Assembly: GCA_026025795.1 (NCBI GenBank)
Contig: JAPEUG010000053.1
Coordinates: 1-64,000 of the forward strand
DNA: 64,000 bases
Direction of reading: 5' to 3'
Source of the DNA: Thelocarpon superellum
Lineage: Eukaryota
Under the pieces are notes generated by a model. The model saw only the letters and a list, made by a program, of their open reading frames with translations. It ran no database searches and was not told the DNA's origin. The position numbers and the translations under genes were made by a program. Shown piece by piece: positions 51,784 through 64,000 of the stretch. Position 1 is the stretch's first letter. Each line of letters starts with the position of its first letter.

Positions 51784-52180
51784 ACTGCTAACTGATCTAC
51801 AGGTCTGTTGGAATCACCACCTCTACTATGTCTACAGAGATCTAGCATACTCAAACTCCTTTGCCACCCTATCCCTGTGGTCTCACCTCCCTCCTAGCAC
51901 ACCTGCTAACAACCCACAGCAGGTGTTCAACACTAGGATGAGTTACACCTAGATCACTATCAAGCACTTGTTTGGAAAGACCACCAATCTGTAGTGTTAC
52001 AACCAATTCAACATGTAGCTGTAGCTAGGCAACTAGCCCATTGGTTTGTATTATTAGACATCTGTTCTACTAACAAATATATACACATGTATAAAGCAGA
52101 GGCCAACCCTGTTCAACCTCCTCCCTCCATCACTAGAGGAATATCTCTTTCTAGGTGAGTCCCTCCTGTCTACCACATGG

Positions 52181-53236
52181 CTACTGATTCTGCAGCTGAC
52201 TGATGTAGGCAAGAAGCAGATTGATCTTTAAGTTAACCACCCTGACCTGGTCCCTTAACACCTCCACATTGTCACACAGATTGTCTTGTGAGTTGCCTGA
52301 TCCCTGCACATTCCATCTCTCAATTGTACTAACTAACTAGTTAAAGGAATCCACTATTGAGGTCAATGTGTCACTATCCCTCTTCCACTTCTAGCCACCT
52401 GCCAACAATGCTAGGGATGTCAACACTGTGGAGTTGTTAGAGGATTGTTGCAGCTGCCTAGGACACAGCTGCGCTAGGTGCCTAGGATGTCAATTGACAT
52501 GGACACTAACCAAAGGTAAGTTGTCCACTTCCATATCACTTTGTTCAATATCAACATCATTGTCAACAACCTCATCATCATCAGAGTCTTCTGCTAACAG
52601 TGAAACAGGGCCTCTTTCAGAACAAAGCTGCATCAGCAACTGATGTACATTGTCAGCCTCTCCCTGTCTCACAATTCTCTCCTCTTCAGTAATTTGTTTC
52701 ACTTCTTTCTCTGTGTTGATATAGTCAATGTGCTCAAGCCATTGGTCAATGGATTGAGTCTTCTCTGTCACAGTGTGTTTGGTCCCTGTTGTTTCTCTTT
52801 CCTTCTCTTGTCATCGCTTTCTCTCTATATTTGCTATCTTGAGCCTTGTGTTTGAGAACCTCTTTCCTGTCTGCTGTTCAAGCTGGTTGCTAACCAGCTT
52901 CTAGAACACTTGCTTCTTCCTATACTGATGTACTGACTTGTGGCATATACAGATCTGAATGAGTTCAATCTCCTTGTCTTCTGTCAGCATTGACTGTGGA
53001 TTGGAGAATGGAGGAGGACAACTAGAGGTGACAGGGGTGGAGGTTAGCCATTCCAAGGCTGTGGCTCCACTGCCTGAGCTATTGGCAGAGGGAGCAGGTG
53101 TGGCTGTGGCCTGACTACTGTGTCTTGTCAATTGAGGAGATGGACTAGGGGACCAGGTGGCAGGGGATGACAGAAGTGGCAGGTCTGGCAGGGAGTTCTT
53201 GGAGTGGGTCACACAGAACAGAGGAAGCTGAGCCAT
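52181..53236 (-). pseudogene. Second ORF of the Harbinger-type element (putative Myb/SANT-like DNA-binding protein with acidic and coiled-coil tail)
   Basis: Lies inside the TIRs, convergent with the transposase. LTEDKEIELIQIC..VF*KLVSNQL resembles a SANT-like helix pair. It ends in heptad-like DNVEVLRDQVRVVNLKINLLL. Confidence 0.65.
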
Positions 53237-54649
53237 CACACACAGTATATGATTACTATATAGATCCAATTGTATTCTGTTCCTACATACAATCTCACAA
53301 TGTGGTTGAACTGACATCTAGGATAGTAGTATAGCTAACTATAATAGGAAATCGATCATGAGCTCAGGAGGTGTGCAGGCCTGCTCACATGCTAAGCAGT
53401 GTAGGGGTTATTCTGAGCAGCTAGTCTACTCTGGGCTGACCCCTCAGTAGAGACTATACCTAATTAGGAACTAGCAACAGAATCTACCCAACCCAAACCT
53501 TCCTGCGAAAACACTCTAATCAGAATAAAAAATTGAGTTAGGCAAATATAAAAATGGGTGAGATACTTTTGGGCGGAAACGGATTCAACCCAATACCAGA
53601 ATGAATCCACGACCCAATCGACGAGGGGTCCCCAAAATCCAATGACATATACTTCGCCAACGCCACGGTGAAACTTGCAACTACAGCTAAGACGTCTAGA
53701 GAGATGCCCATGGAAGAGCGACGCTCTGATGTGATCACTCGTTGATGGCTAGGCCACCCAATGCTACAAACGTGCGTATTCATCTGCTTCATCGCGCTTC
53801 ATCGCGCGGCCAAGGCATCGGAAGAGGTCTTCATGACCGCACGCGGATACTAGCGACCGTGGAAGATACGTTTCGCCCATCACGACCAAAGCCACAAAAG
53901 GACGACATGGCCCAATCTCATCAACCGGCAGATGGGACAGACCGGCCTGGCTGGTCTTACTGGATCCAAGCAGTGATCGTCGAGGGTAAACAATTCGTGA
54001 ACCGCTTTTCCTTTTTACTTCCGTCGACCCTAGTAATGTGAGTAGAGGGTGTTTCAAACTCAGATCGGCCAGGCCTGAGAAGCGCCGTGTCTTGAGTGAC
54101 GGGGAGGGTGGTGGGACATGTGCTGCTGGTCGCGTCATTCATTCATTCGTCTCGCCGTCGCCGTTTTTGATGTTCTGCTTACGTCGCTTGGCTGATCGTT
54201 CGATCGAACTGGGGAAGAGGTTGGCATGTGCTTCCTGCTGCTACTCTTGCTCCTGCTCCTGCGCCTGCTGTGGCATTGTCTTGGCTATAACTATCGATCA
54301 TGCACCAGCGAAGAGGAGCGAAGAGAAGAGAAGACGAGAGGAGATGCGGAGCGGGGGCAACAGCAGCAGGAGAAGAAAAAGAGAGAAAACGAACCGACTC
54401 ATTACCGGCACATTGTACGTGGTCAAGTCATCCATGAAGGGATATATGCACATGCGAAGATATCTCTGTCTACATCATTCGTACGAGTGCTTACGACATT
54501 TGCCTGTCTGTCTGTTCCTGATGGTGACGCTCTCGTAGCTCATCCATGTCCTGTCTCCTGCGTCTTGCGTCCTGACCTCTTTCATATGCCTGTGTGTCGT
54601 GATGATCATGATCCATGAGGTTGAGTGAGATGGATTGACACGAGACTAA

Positions 54650-55571
54650 TCACACATGCTCGCGGAAGAACTCCAAGACCGTCTTGTAGCCGCGCGTAAA
54701 CTCCTCCACGTTTCGCTCATCGGAGAGGTCGCTCCTAGAATCGGTCGCGAGTGGTTAGACAACTGGATCCAATCATCAGTACGAGTATGTCAGAAGAACT
54801 TACCGCGCGCCCATCCAGCCATGGATCTGATCAGAATAAGTCTCGACGTGCTTCGGAGTCTTCAAGGCCTTTTCAAACTCCGCTACGGCCTCCGCAGACT
54901 CGTCCTTACTAGCCAGGACGGCAAAGGGAATCGTAATCTTCGCGGCATCCGCGGCGTTCACAAAGGCCGGATGAGCCATAGCCGCCGCGTCGAAGGGCGT
55001 ATCTGGTCCGCTGCTGAGCGCAATCACCTTTCCTCCCCAGCAGAGTCCCAGGGCGCCCCACGCAGTCGGGCTGTCTTTCTCCTGCACCGCCTTGACTACC
55101 CCAGGGACACGCTCCACCGTCTGGGTCGGCGGGCCGATCCTCGACCAGAACGCAGCCGACTTGGCCTTATCCTCGTCCGTCTTGGGCGGGTGCCAGGCGC
55201 GCTGGGCTGGTTGGCCTTCAAACCAATCGGGAACGTAGACGCGGTACGGGCTCTCGGTGTTGGAATAGGCCAGGATGTCGGCCCCCTGGAGTGTCTGGTC
55301 GCAGTAGCCGAAGATATCGTAAACGAAGAGGATGGCTTTTTTGGCCTCCGCAGGGCCCGTCACATCTGTTTGGATCCAGAGGAGGAAAATGTCAATGATT
55401 GCCAGTCACATAGTCCTTCGTGGGAGGGGGAGTGGGTGGGAGCGGAAGTGGTGAACATGCACCCGTACATGTCTTCAGGCCCGCGTACTCCGTGTATGTG
55501 CCTTTGGTCTCATAGCCCGACGCCTTGACCGCGGGAATGGTCAGGCATGCGGCGCAGGGTTTCGACGCCAT
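54650..55571 (-). CDS. Dienelactone hydrolase family protein
   Basis: YDIFG, GLCWGG nucleophile motif and HGWMGAR. Two introns. Confidence 0.92.
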
Positions 55572-56310
55572 GATGGATGACGACGTGGATGATGCGACGC
55601 TGGTATGCAGGAACACGCGAAGGGACGACGGCGGCGTTATGGAAATGGTGGTTTGATGCTCTTGTAATTGGTGGAATGATAACACCAGGAATTGGTACCG
55701 TGATGAATCGACAAATTGACGAAGAAGGAGGGAGATGGAATAGTGACGCTCAACGACCGGCAATGCGGGGTGGTGGCGTCTTTCGAGCTCGCTCTATCTG
55801 CATGACGCGCGGTGGAGTCGAATGGCGTAAGAGGCGCAAGTCGAATGACGGACTCGCCCTCTCCGACCAGAGAGGGTGGATGAGGGCGATGCACTCTACC
55901 ATAGGGTGTTGTGATGCCGTTCTTTCCGCGTTGCCGCTGCCCACGCACGATTGGCTTTCTCTCGCGGGGATATCGCAGGCCCGGTCGACCTTGGGCCTCC
56001 GACCTTGGGCCTCCGACCTCGGACCTCGGGCCTGCTCCACCTTCACCTTCGCATCGAAAGCGCCAATGAGTTGAGCGGATCACGTCATCAGCGTCGACGT
56101 CTATGGGCAAAGGTTGCATCGGACCATGTCTATTGTCAGTGTGCAGCACAGCTACGTCATACATTGGTGTGTACATGGCCATTGTGAGAATGCCATTCTA
56201 AGCAGGCGCCACCGGCGAGCCGCCGCAACGGAAGCCACAGGTATCCCTGATGTGCACCGAACGTCCAGCACCCAACAAGCTCATGCTCAGGCGCGAGCGT
56301 GCCTCACACA

Positions 56311-56430
56311 CATCCTCATCCTCATCCTCATCCTCATCCTCATCCTCATCCTCATCCTCATCCTCATCCTCATCCTCATCCTCATCCTCATCCTCATCCT
56401 CATCCTCATCCTCATCCTCATCCACATCCA
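56311..56430. repeat. (CATCCT)18 hexanucleotide microsatellite with a degenerate tail
   Basis: Directly visible, immediately downstream of the PRP4 stop codon. Confidence 0.95.
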
Positions 56431-56440
56431 CGTCGACGTC

Positions 56441-59086
<2,646 letters not shown>

Positions 59087-59766
59087 CGTGCGTCTGCAGA
59101 CGACGGGTGGGGATGGTGGACGCTGCGCAGCGCCTGGACGAGCCGTGATCGAGTTAGCTTGAGTATCAAGGACACGACGAGACGTTGGTGAGAAGGCCAA
59201 CCAGCTACGCGTTCGGGCTCGGTGTGGTAGATCGGTGGATATCGAGATGGAGCAGGCGCCGCGCGGATGGTCGGAGATCCCGGCACGACCAGATGCGGTC
59301 CATAGGCTCCGTGCGAGATGCAAGAGTACGTGGCTGGTGAAGCCTCACGATGCGTCCCTCGCGCTACGCGATGCTTGTCGGCAGCGAGCACAGTCCAGGT
59401 AGATGCGCAAGAATGATGGAAAGAGGGGAGCACGCCAGCAGGCTTGAATTCGACAACGCCTGGTGGTTGCCACGACCGGACTAGGAGATGCAGGCAACTG
59501 ATTATTCAGACAGGCCCCCCAAGCGCCGACCCGTGGCGCTAGGGAGGGCCCCAGCAAATCACACCATGGTCGGTCATCCGATCCAAGCCATTTTGTTGCC
59601 CCACATCATCCTGACCTGAACCTGTCCAACTCTTCGTCACCCTGTACATCAAAGGATGCATTAGGGCTCTGGAGCCTCTCGGCCATTTCCTACACATCGA
59701 ACGCGGAGATACTCGATCGCCGTCGCGGAGCCACGTTCCCAGCACCAGGGCGAGACTCCCCTCATC

Positions 59767-60105
59767 ATGGCCGGAGGCAATCGAGAAGGTGCGCCTGGAG
59801 GATGGCTCCCCCTGGAGGATGGCTCCCCCTTCCACCACCAAGACTGACCTCGGCGTGGCGAGCAGGTGGCAAGGCAAAGCCCCTGAAGCAGCCCAAGAAG
59901 GAGAAGAAGGAGATGGACGAGGAGGAGGTGGCTTTTAAGGAGAAGCAAAAGGCCGGTACGTTGGCCGTGTCGCACTTCCCCGCGCCTTCGCGTGCTGACG
60001 ACGTACTTTGCGGCAGACGCCAAGGCACAAAAGGAGATGGCGGAGAAGGCGAAAGGGAAGGGTCCGCTGGCCACGGGCGGCATCAAGAAGTCGGGCAAGA
60101 AGTGA
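59767..60105 (+). CDS. TMA7: Translation machinery-associated protein 7
   Basis: Spliced product [66 protein letters not shown]. Introns 59789-59865 and 59956-60016. Confidence 0.95.
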
Positions 60106-60451
60106 GGTTGGCGGCATGTTATCACGCTGGTTCAGCCATCTCGAGAAGAGAGGATTATGATTCGATTCACGCTCGAGAAGTGACGCTCGCAACGGCTACC
60201 AAAAATCTGCTCCTCTCGGCCGACAGGCAAAGCCGTGGCCCCGCCCCTCTCCCAGCATCAACGTCGACGCCTCTAGTGTACACAAGCAAATCGCTCCGTG
60301 ATTGCGCCTCCGCAAACATAAGTCGTATCCGTCGTATCCGCCCTGAAATCCATCCATCTAAGGGTATCAAGGCTGGAAGAAGCCGGACCTTCGAGGAGTC
60401 ACAATGTATGAACACGAATCCGCCCTCCGCCGGCGATGTCCTGGCGAGTGA

Positions 60452-62230
60452 CTACCCAGCCACACGTCGCACCCACAGCCCCGTTGGTTCGCCCGAATTC
60501 TCTTCTGCGTCCCTGCGACGCCACGCGCGGTGTAACTTGATGCCCAAGTCGTGCTCCTGCACCGCGACCTCGGCCAGCTCGGAGCGACAGGTGTCGGCCC
60601 GGCGATCCAACTCCCACGCCGACGGGGTGCCCGCGGTGTTGGGTAGCAGGTTGGTCAGCTCCTTGATGATGCGCTCCAGATTCCGGCGCCGATTGTGGAG
60701 GCTGTCAAGCTGAGCTTGCAGGCTGGTGATGAGATCGACTGATTCGGCTTCGGGCGGGGACTGCGGGAGTGACTTATTGGGGCTCGCAGGCGTGACCTTG
60801 CGTGGCGTCGCCTTGCTGGTCGTGGGGGTACGCGCTGGCACGGCCTTGCGCGCAAGACTCTTTCGCTCTGGGCTGTTGGGTCCAGGCACGGGTCGCGGCC
60901 TGTCGAGCACGCCGTAGGGAGGCGTGCGAGTGCCGCTGTTGACCGTGGCATTCGTGCCCATCGGCGTGCTGGAAAGCGGCGTCCGAGGCGCCGTCGCCGA
61001 GGCCGAGTCCCTGTTGCGGACGCCGGTGTTCTTACTCCCGTCCGCGACTGGGGTGTTGCTGACACCCGCGATGCTGTTGATCGTGGACAAGCCGAGGTCG
61101 TTGGACGGCGCTTTCTGATGGGTCCCTTGAGCAGGGCTCTTCGCCCGCGGCGGCGGGGAGATGCGTTGTGGTGGCGTATGCCGCCCCAGTTTGAGGGGCG
61201 GCGTCGGCCGGATGCCGTCCTCACCACGGGCCATCTTGACCGCGCCCGCGTGTGAAGCCGATCCAGGAGAGTACACGGCGCTGGCGGGGCTGGGGTCCCC
61301 GAACGGGCCCAACATGCTCTCTGTGCGGGGAGGACGGGCAGGCGGGGTCCGGTATGCGAGGGCGTCGACCGTATTTTGCAACACGGCCACGCCCCGCTTG
61401 ACATCGTGCACTTTCGCACCCTCGGGCCGGAGCCCTGTCTGGCGCGCCTTCAACACCCGCTCGGCGAAGCTAGCATTGCCAGGCCGCGCTTGACGCTCGG
61501 TCGCAAAGTCGCCCCAGCTCGTCATGACGGAGCCGCGCTCGGTGGTAACGTGGGCGGCATCGTGCGCCTGTGCGACGGCTACGGGCAAGCGAGATGGCTC
61601 TCTGGCCGTGTACGATGGCCCCGTCAGGGGGGGCCCCCACTGGAACGCACCGGCCTCGGATTGCGTGACCCGATCTTCGACGGGCGAGACCCGGGATGCC
61701 CCTCTGCCGCCGTCGGATGTGCCCGGTGAACTTGGCGGGGAGATCTCGCTGGGGGCGGGCGGGAAGGTCGACGTGGTGGCGGTGTGAGGATGGTGACCCT
61801 GACGAGACGGTGGGGGTGAGTGCGTGAGCGATGATGGCGCCGTCGTCGGCGGTGACGGCTGTTCCGGGTGACTGGCCAAGGGTGAGTGCTGTTGATGGGT
61901 CGGCGCGGTCGCGATGTTTTCCCAGTCCGATGGTCCCTCGAGCCGATATGACATGGGCGGAGACTCACTGCCAATCGAATCATGGTACGTTAGCTGGACA
62001 TCTTCATAGCTGTCGTGCCCGAGGCCGTTGGGAGAGACATACAACGGCATCGGCGGGAGGGCTCGCTCGTCATGTTCCGGCTTGGCCAAAATCTCACGGT
62101 GGTCATATGGTCCCTCGACGCCGGGAGGGGAGCTACCGTGTAAAGCGTTCTCGTCCAGCGTGGTCTCGATGAGCACGGGATGGCCGATGACGGGCCGGTG
62201 ATGGCCCTGCAGGCGCTTCCACATCATCAT
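60452..62230 (-). CDS. Fungal hypothetical protein, Pro/Ser-rich with a C-terminal coiled coil
   Basis: 592-aa ORF ending LQAQLDSLHNRRRNL..EHDLGIKLHRAWRRRD..PTGLWVRRVAG, a tail that resembles a conserved Pezizomycotina family. Confidence 0.78.
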   Translation of the reverse strand: MMMWKRLQGHHRPVIGHPVLIETTLDENALHGSSPPGVEGPYDHREILAKPEHDERALPPMPLYVSPNGLGHDSYEDVQLTYHDSIGSESPPMSYRLEGPSDWENIATAPTHQQHSPLASHPEQPSPPTTAPSSLTHSPPPSRQGHHPHTATTSTFPPAPSEISPPSSPGTSDGGRGASRVSPVEDRVTQSEAGAFQWGPPLTGPSYTAREPSRLPVAVAQAHDAAHVTTERGSVMTSWGDFATERQARPGNASFAERVLKARQTGLRPEGAKVHDVKRGVAVLQNTVDALAYRTPPARPPRTESMLGPFGDPSPASAVYSPGSASHAGAVKMARGEDGIRPTPPLKLGRHTPPQRISPPPRAKSPAQGTHQKAPSNDLGLSTINSIAGVSNTPVADGSKNTGVRNRDSASATAPRTPLSSTPMGTNATVNSGTRTPPYGVLDRPRPVPGPNSPERKSLARKAVPARTPTTSKATPRKVTPASPNKSLPQSPPEAESVDLITSLQAQLDSLHNRRRNLERIIKELTNLLPNTAGTPSAWELDRRADTCRSELAEVAVQEHDLGIKLHRAWRRRDAEENSGEPTGLWVRRVAG

Positions 62231-64000
62231 CGTGACCTGCCACCGCGGCCCCCGGCTGCGGTTCCGTGGATGTCGCGGATGATGTCGGCGGGGGATGTGT
62301 GCCGGCCGCGAGGTGGTGATGAAGGTGAGGAAGCGGGGCCGTCCGCGAACCTTGGCTCAAGATGATCCACGATGACGGCGAGAGTCCGGTGAAGGAAGGT
62401 GAAATGGGCAGCCGAAGAGAACGGAGAGGAAGGGGGGCTTAGGGATGGAGGCTGCTGGCTTTAGGCTTGAGGCTTGCGCGGCTGGGTTTAGCGGGCCGAT
62501 GATCCTACAGCTGTTGCTCGACAACGTGCGATGACAAAGGCCCGAGGTTTGGCGTAGTATTTGTTGTGGCGGCCACGCATGAGGGATATGTCCCATGTGA
62601 AGGTTCGCTTGCTGAGGCGTCAGCTGGAAGGGTAAACGTCCGTGCTAGGGCGCCGTGCTGTGCGCCCTCCTCTAAGCATTGACGACCGCGAAGCGACGAC
62701 CCAACCAGCACGATAGATCCTTCGGAAGACGTTTAAAATAGATCAAAGGAGCAGCGCCGTCATCCACGCCTGACACCACCAGTATGTACGCACCTGCACG
62801 ACAGAAACAAGCAGATTCGAGGGGCTCCAGCGGCGATGTAACGAGGGTGAGTGAAATCAATATCACGTCCGGACACAAAGTACTTGTACGGTGCCCGTCG
62901 GTCGTGCGGCGCGGTAGATCATCGTTCTCTGTGGTGGGGCGACACGAACTAACGGACGCGGAGCGTTTCGCATCGTCCCCCTGGTCTCGGTGGTGGGGGG
63001 AGAAAACAGAACCTGCCGGTCTGACGGCAACTCCAGTACTAGGCAATCCTACCCCGGTCCAATCCCACCGATCGGCGGAGGACCGTGATCACGTCCATGG
63101 TTATGGCATGAGCTTCAACAGTAACTCGGTCCTGGTCGCCATGCCGATGCAGCTGTTGCCACAACAGGAGGTAACAAAGGAGGGAAGACCTCGATGACTC
63201 GATGAAGGAGATGTGGACATGCTGGGGGATGAACCATGGGGCGCTGCTCGATTCTCCATCTTGTCGTAGCCGGAAGTGGAGTCTGAGCCGGAGCCCGAGC
63301 CGGAGCCGGATCCACGCGCACGCGTCCTCTTGATCAGACGAGTTTGCACCAGTCCCTCGTCGCCATTAAGTGGACTGACCTCCCCAACGGTCACGTGTGG
63401 TTACGATAGCGTTGGCCGCGGGCCTTATTTCATACCAAGGAAAATATTAAGGGGCTGGCATCGGCACGGATCCTTTACCAACAACGCCCTCGGGAGTCCC
63501 GAGAGTGTGTGATCGCTTTTATTGCAGTGCCTGCACAGACCTAGGCGAGTATGCTAGGGCATGCAGCCCCAGAGGGAGCCTGAGGGCGCTCGCTTGCCCG
63601 GCCGCTCGTGCAGCGACACAGCCACTCGGCCGCAGGACTCGAAAAGGCCACGATTGCGCCGCCTGGTCCGTGCGGCCGGCACGATTTTCGGGCGAGCAAC
63701 CTTGAGACTCGTAAGGCCTGTCCTCTGCAGGCCGCACGTCGGCGTCGGTACGCATAAGCATAGAACAGAATACTTTTCTGCCACCGCGGTGCATGTGGAG
63801 CATGATCTGCGGCAAGTCGGCACGAACAGACTACGATAATGCCCTGTGATTCCTTGCCGAGTCCATCACGGCGATATCGTTCAGGACTCCGGCTTACGGC
63901 TACGGGGCATGTCTGCTCCCGACACGGACGATCAACGTGAAAGCCCGCGTCCTATTACGCTCCTGCAGGGGTCGATCCCAGCCCGCTCTAGCATGAGTCC

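Larger units (their letters stand above)
43939..52155 (+). pseudogene. Harbinger/HARBI1-like DDE transposase pseudogene, split by the LTR insertion in intron 2
   Basis: Decayed motifs ALCL..HLA..FGQLS, WGLINGM (from IDGT), YSRYKKAYGLKFQGIVT, YVYRDLAY (from YGDPAY), FNTRMS..ITIKHLFG (from IEH) and PPSLEEYL. Introns 44130-44184 and 44723-51802. Many TAG stops. The 3' end is approximate. Confidence 0.85.
43733..53517 (+). mobile_element. PIF/Harbinger (PHIS)-type DNA transposon, degenerate, about 2.76 kb without the nested LTR element
   Basis: Perfect 15-bp TIRs AGAGTGTTTTCGCAG (43733-43747) and CTGCGAAAACACTCT (53503-53517). AAT duplication at 43730-43732 and 53518-53520. Two convergent ORFs. 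Confidence 0.92.

Noticed and set aside
54656..55528. 290-aa plus-strand ORF
   Set aside because: Antisense shadow of the dienelactone hydrolase gene.
59802..60713. 303-aa ORF containing part of TMA7
   Set aside because: Reads through TMA7 introns. The spliced 66-aa product explains the conserved part.

Overview
A GC- and CpG-rich filamentous ascomycete (Pezizomycotina-like) chromosome segment with about 20 intron-containing host genes. These include NST1 (partial), RHO2, mitochondrial mL40, a MARCH5-like RING-CH ligase, a TFIIIC WD40 subunit, a DUF1749 hydrolase, VPS35, DPM1, an SDR, a PAQR, a Ran1-like kinase, a dienelactone hydrolase, PRP4 kinase and TMA7. The main structure is a nested, dead transposon complex at 43733-53517. 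The outer element is a two-gene PIF/Harbinger-type DNA transposon (15-bp TIRs, AAT target duplication). A full-length Ty3/Gypsy chromovirus (257-bp LTRs, ACTGC target duplication) sits at the branch point of its transposase intron. The chromovirus appears self-priming and carries an extra antisense, intron-containing gene with a six-cysteine zinc-cluster-like motif between its chromodomain and PPT. The whole complex is almost devoid of CpG through transition-only hypermutation. A smaller island at about 3.9-6.9 kb holds an orphan gene with 10-aa tandem repeats and an RNxxxH (HEPN-like) motif, next to a deleted Gypsy remnant. Gene identities come from motifs recognised by eye; no database searches were run.
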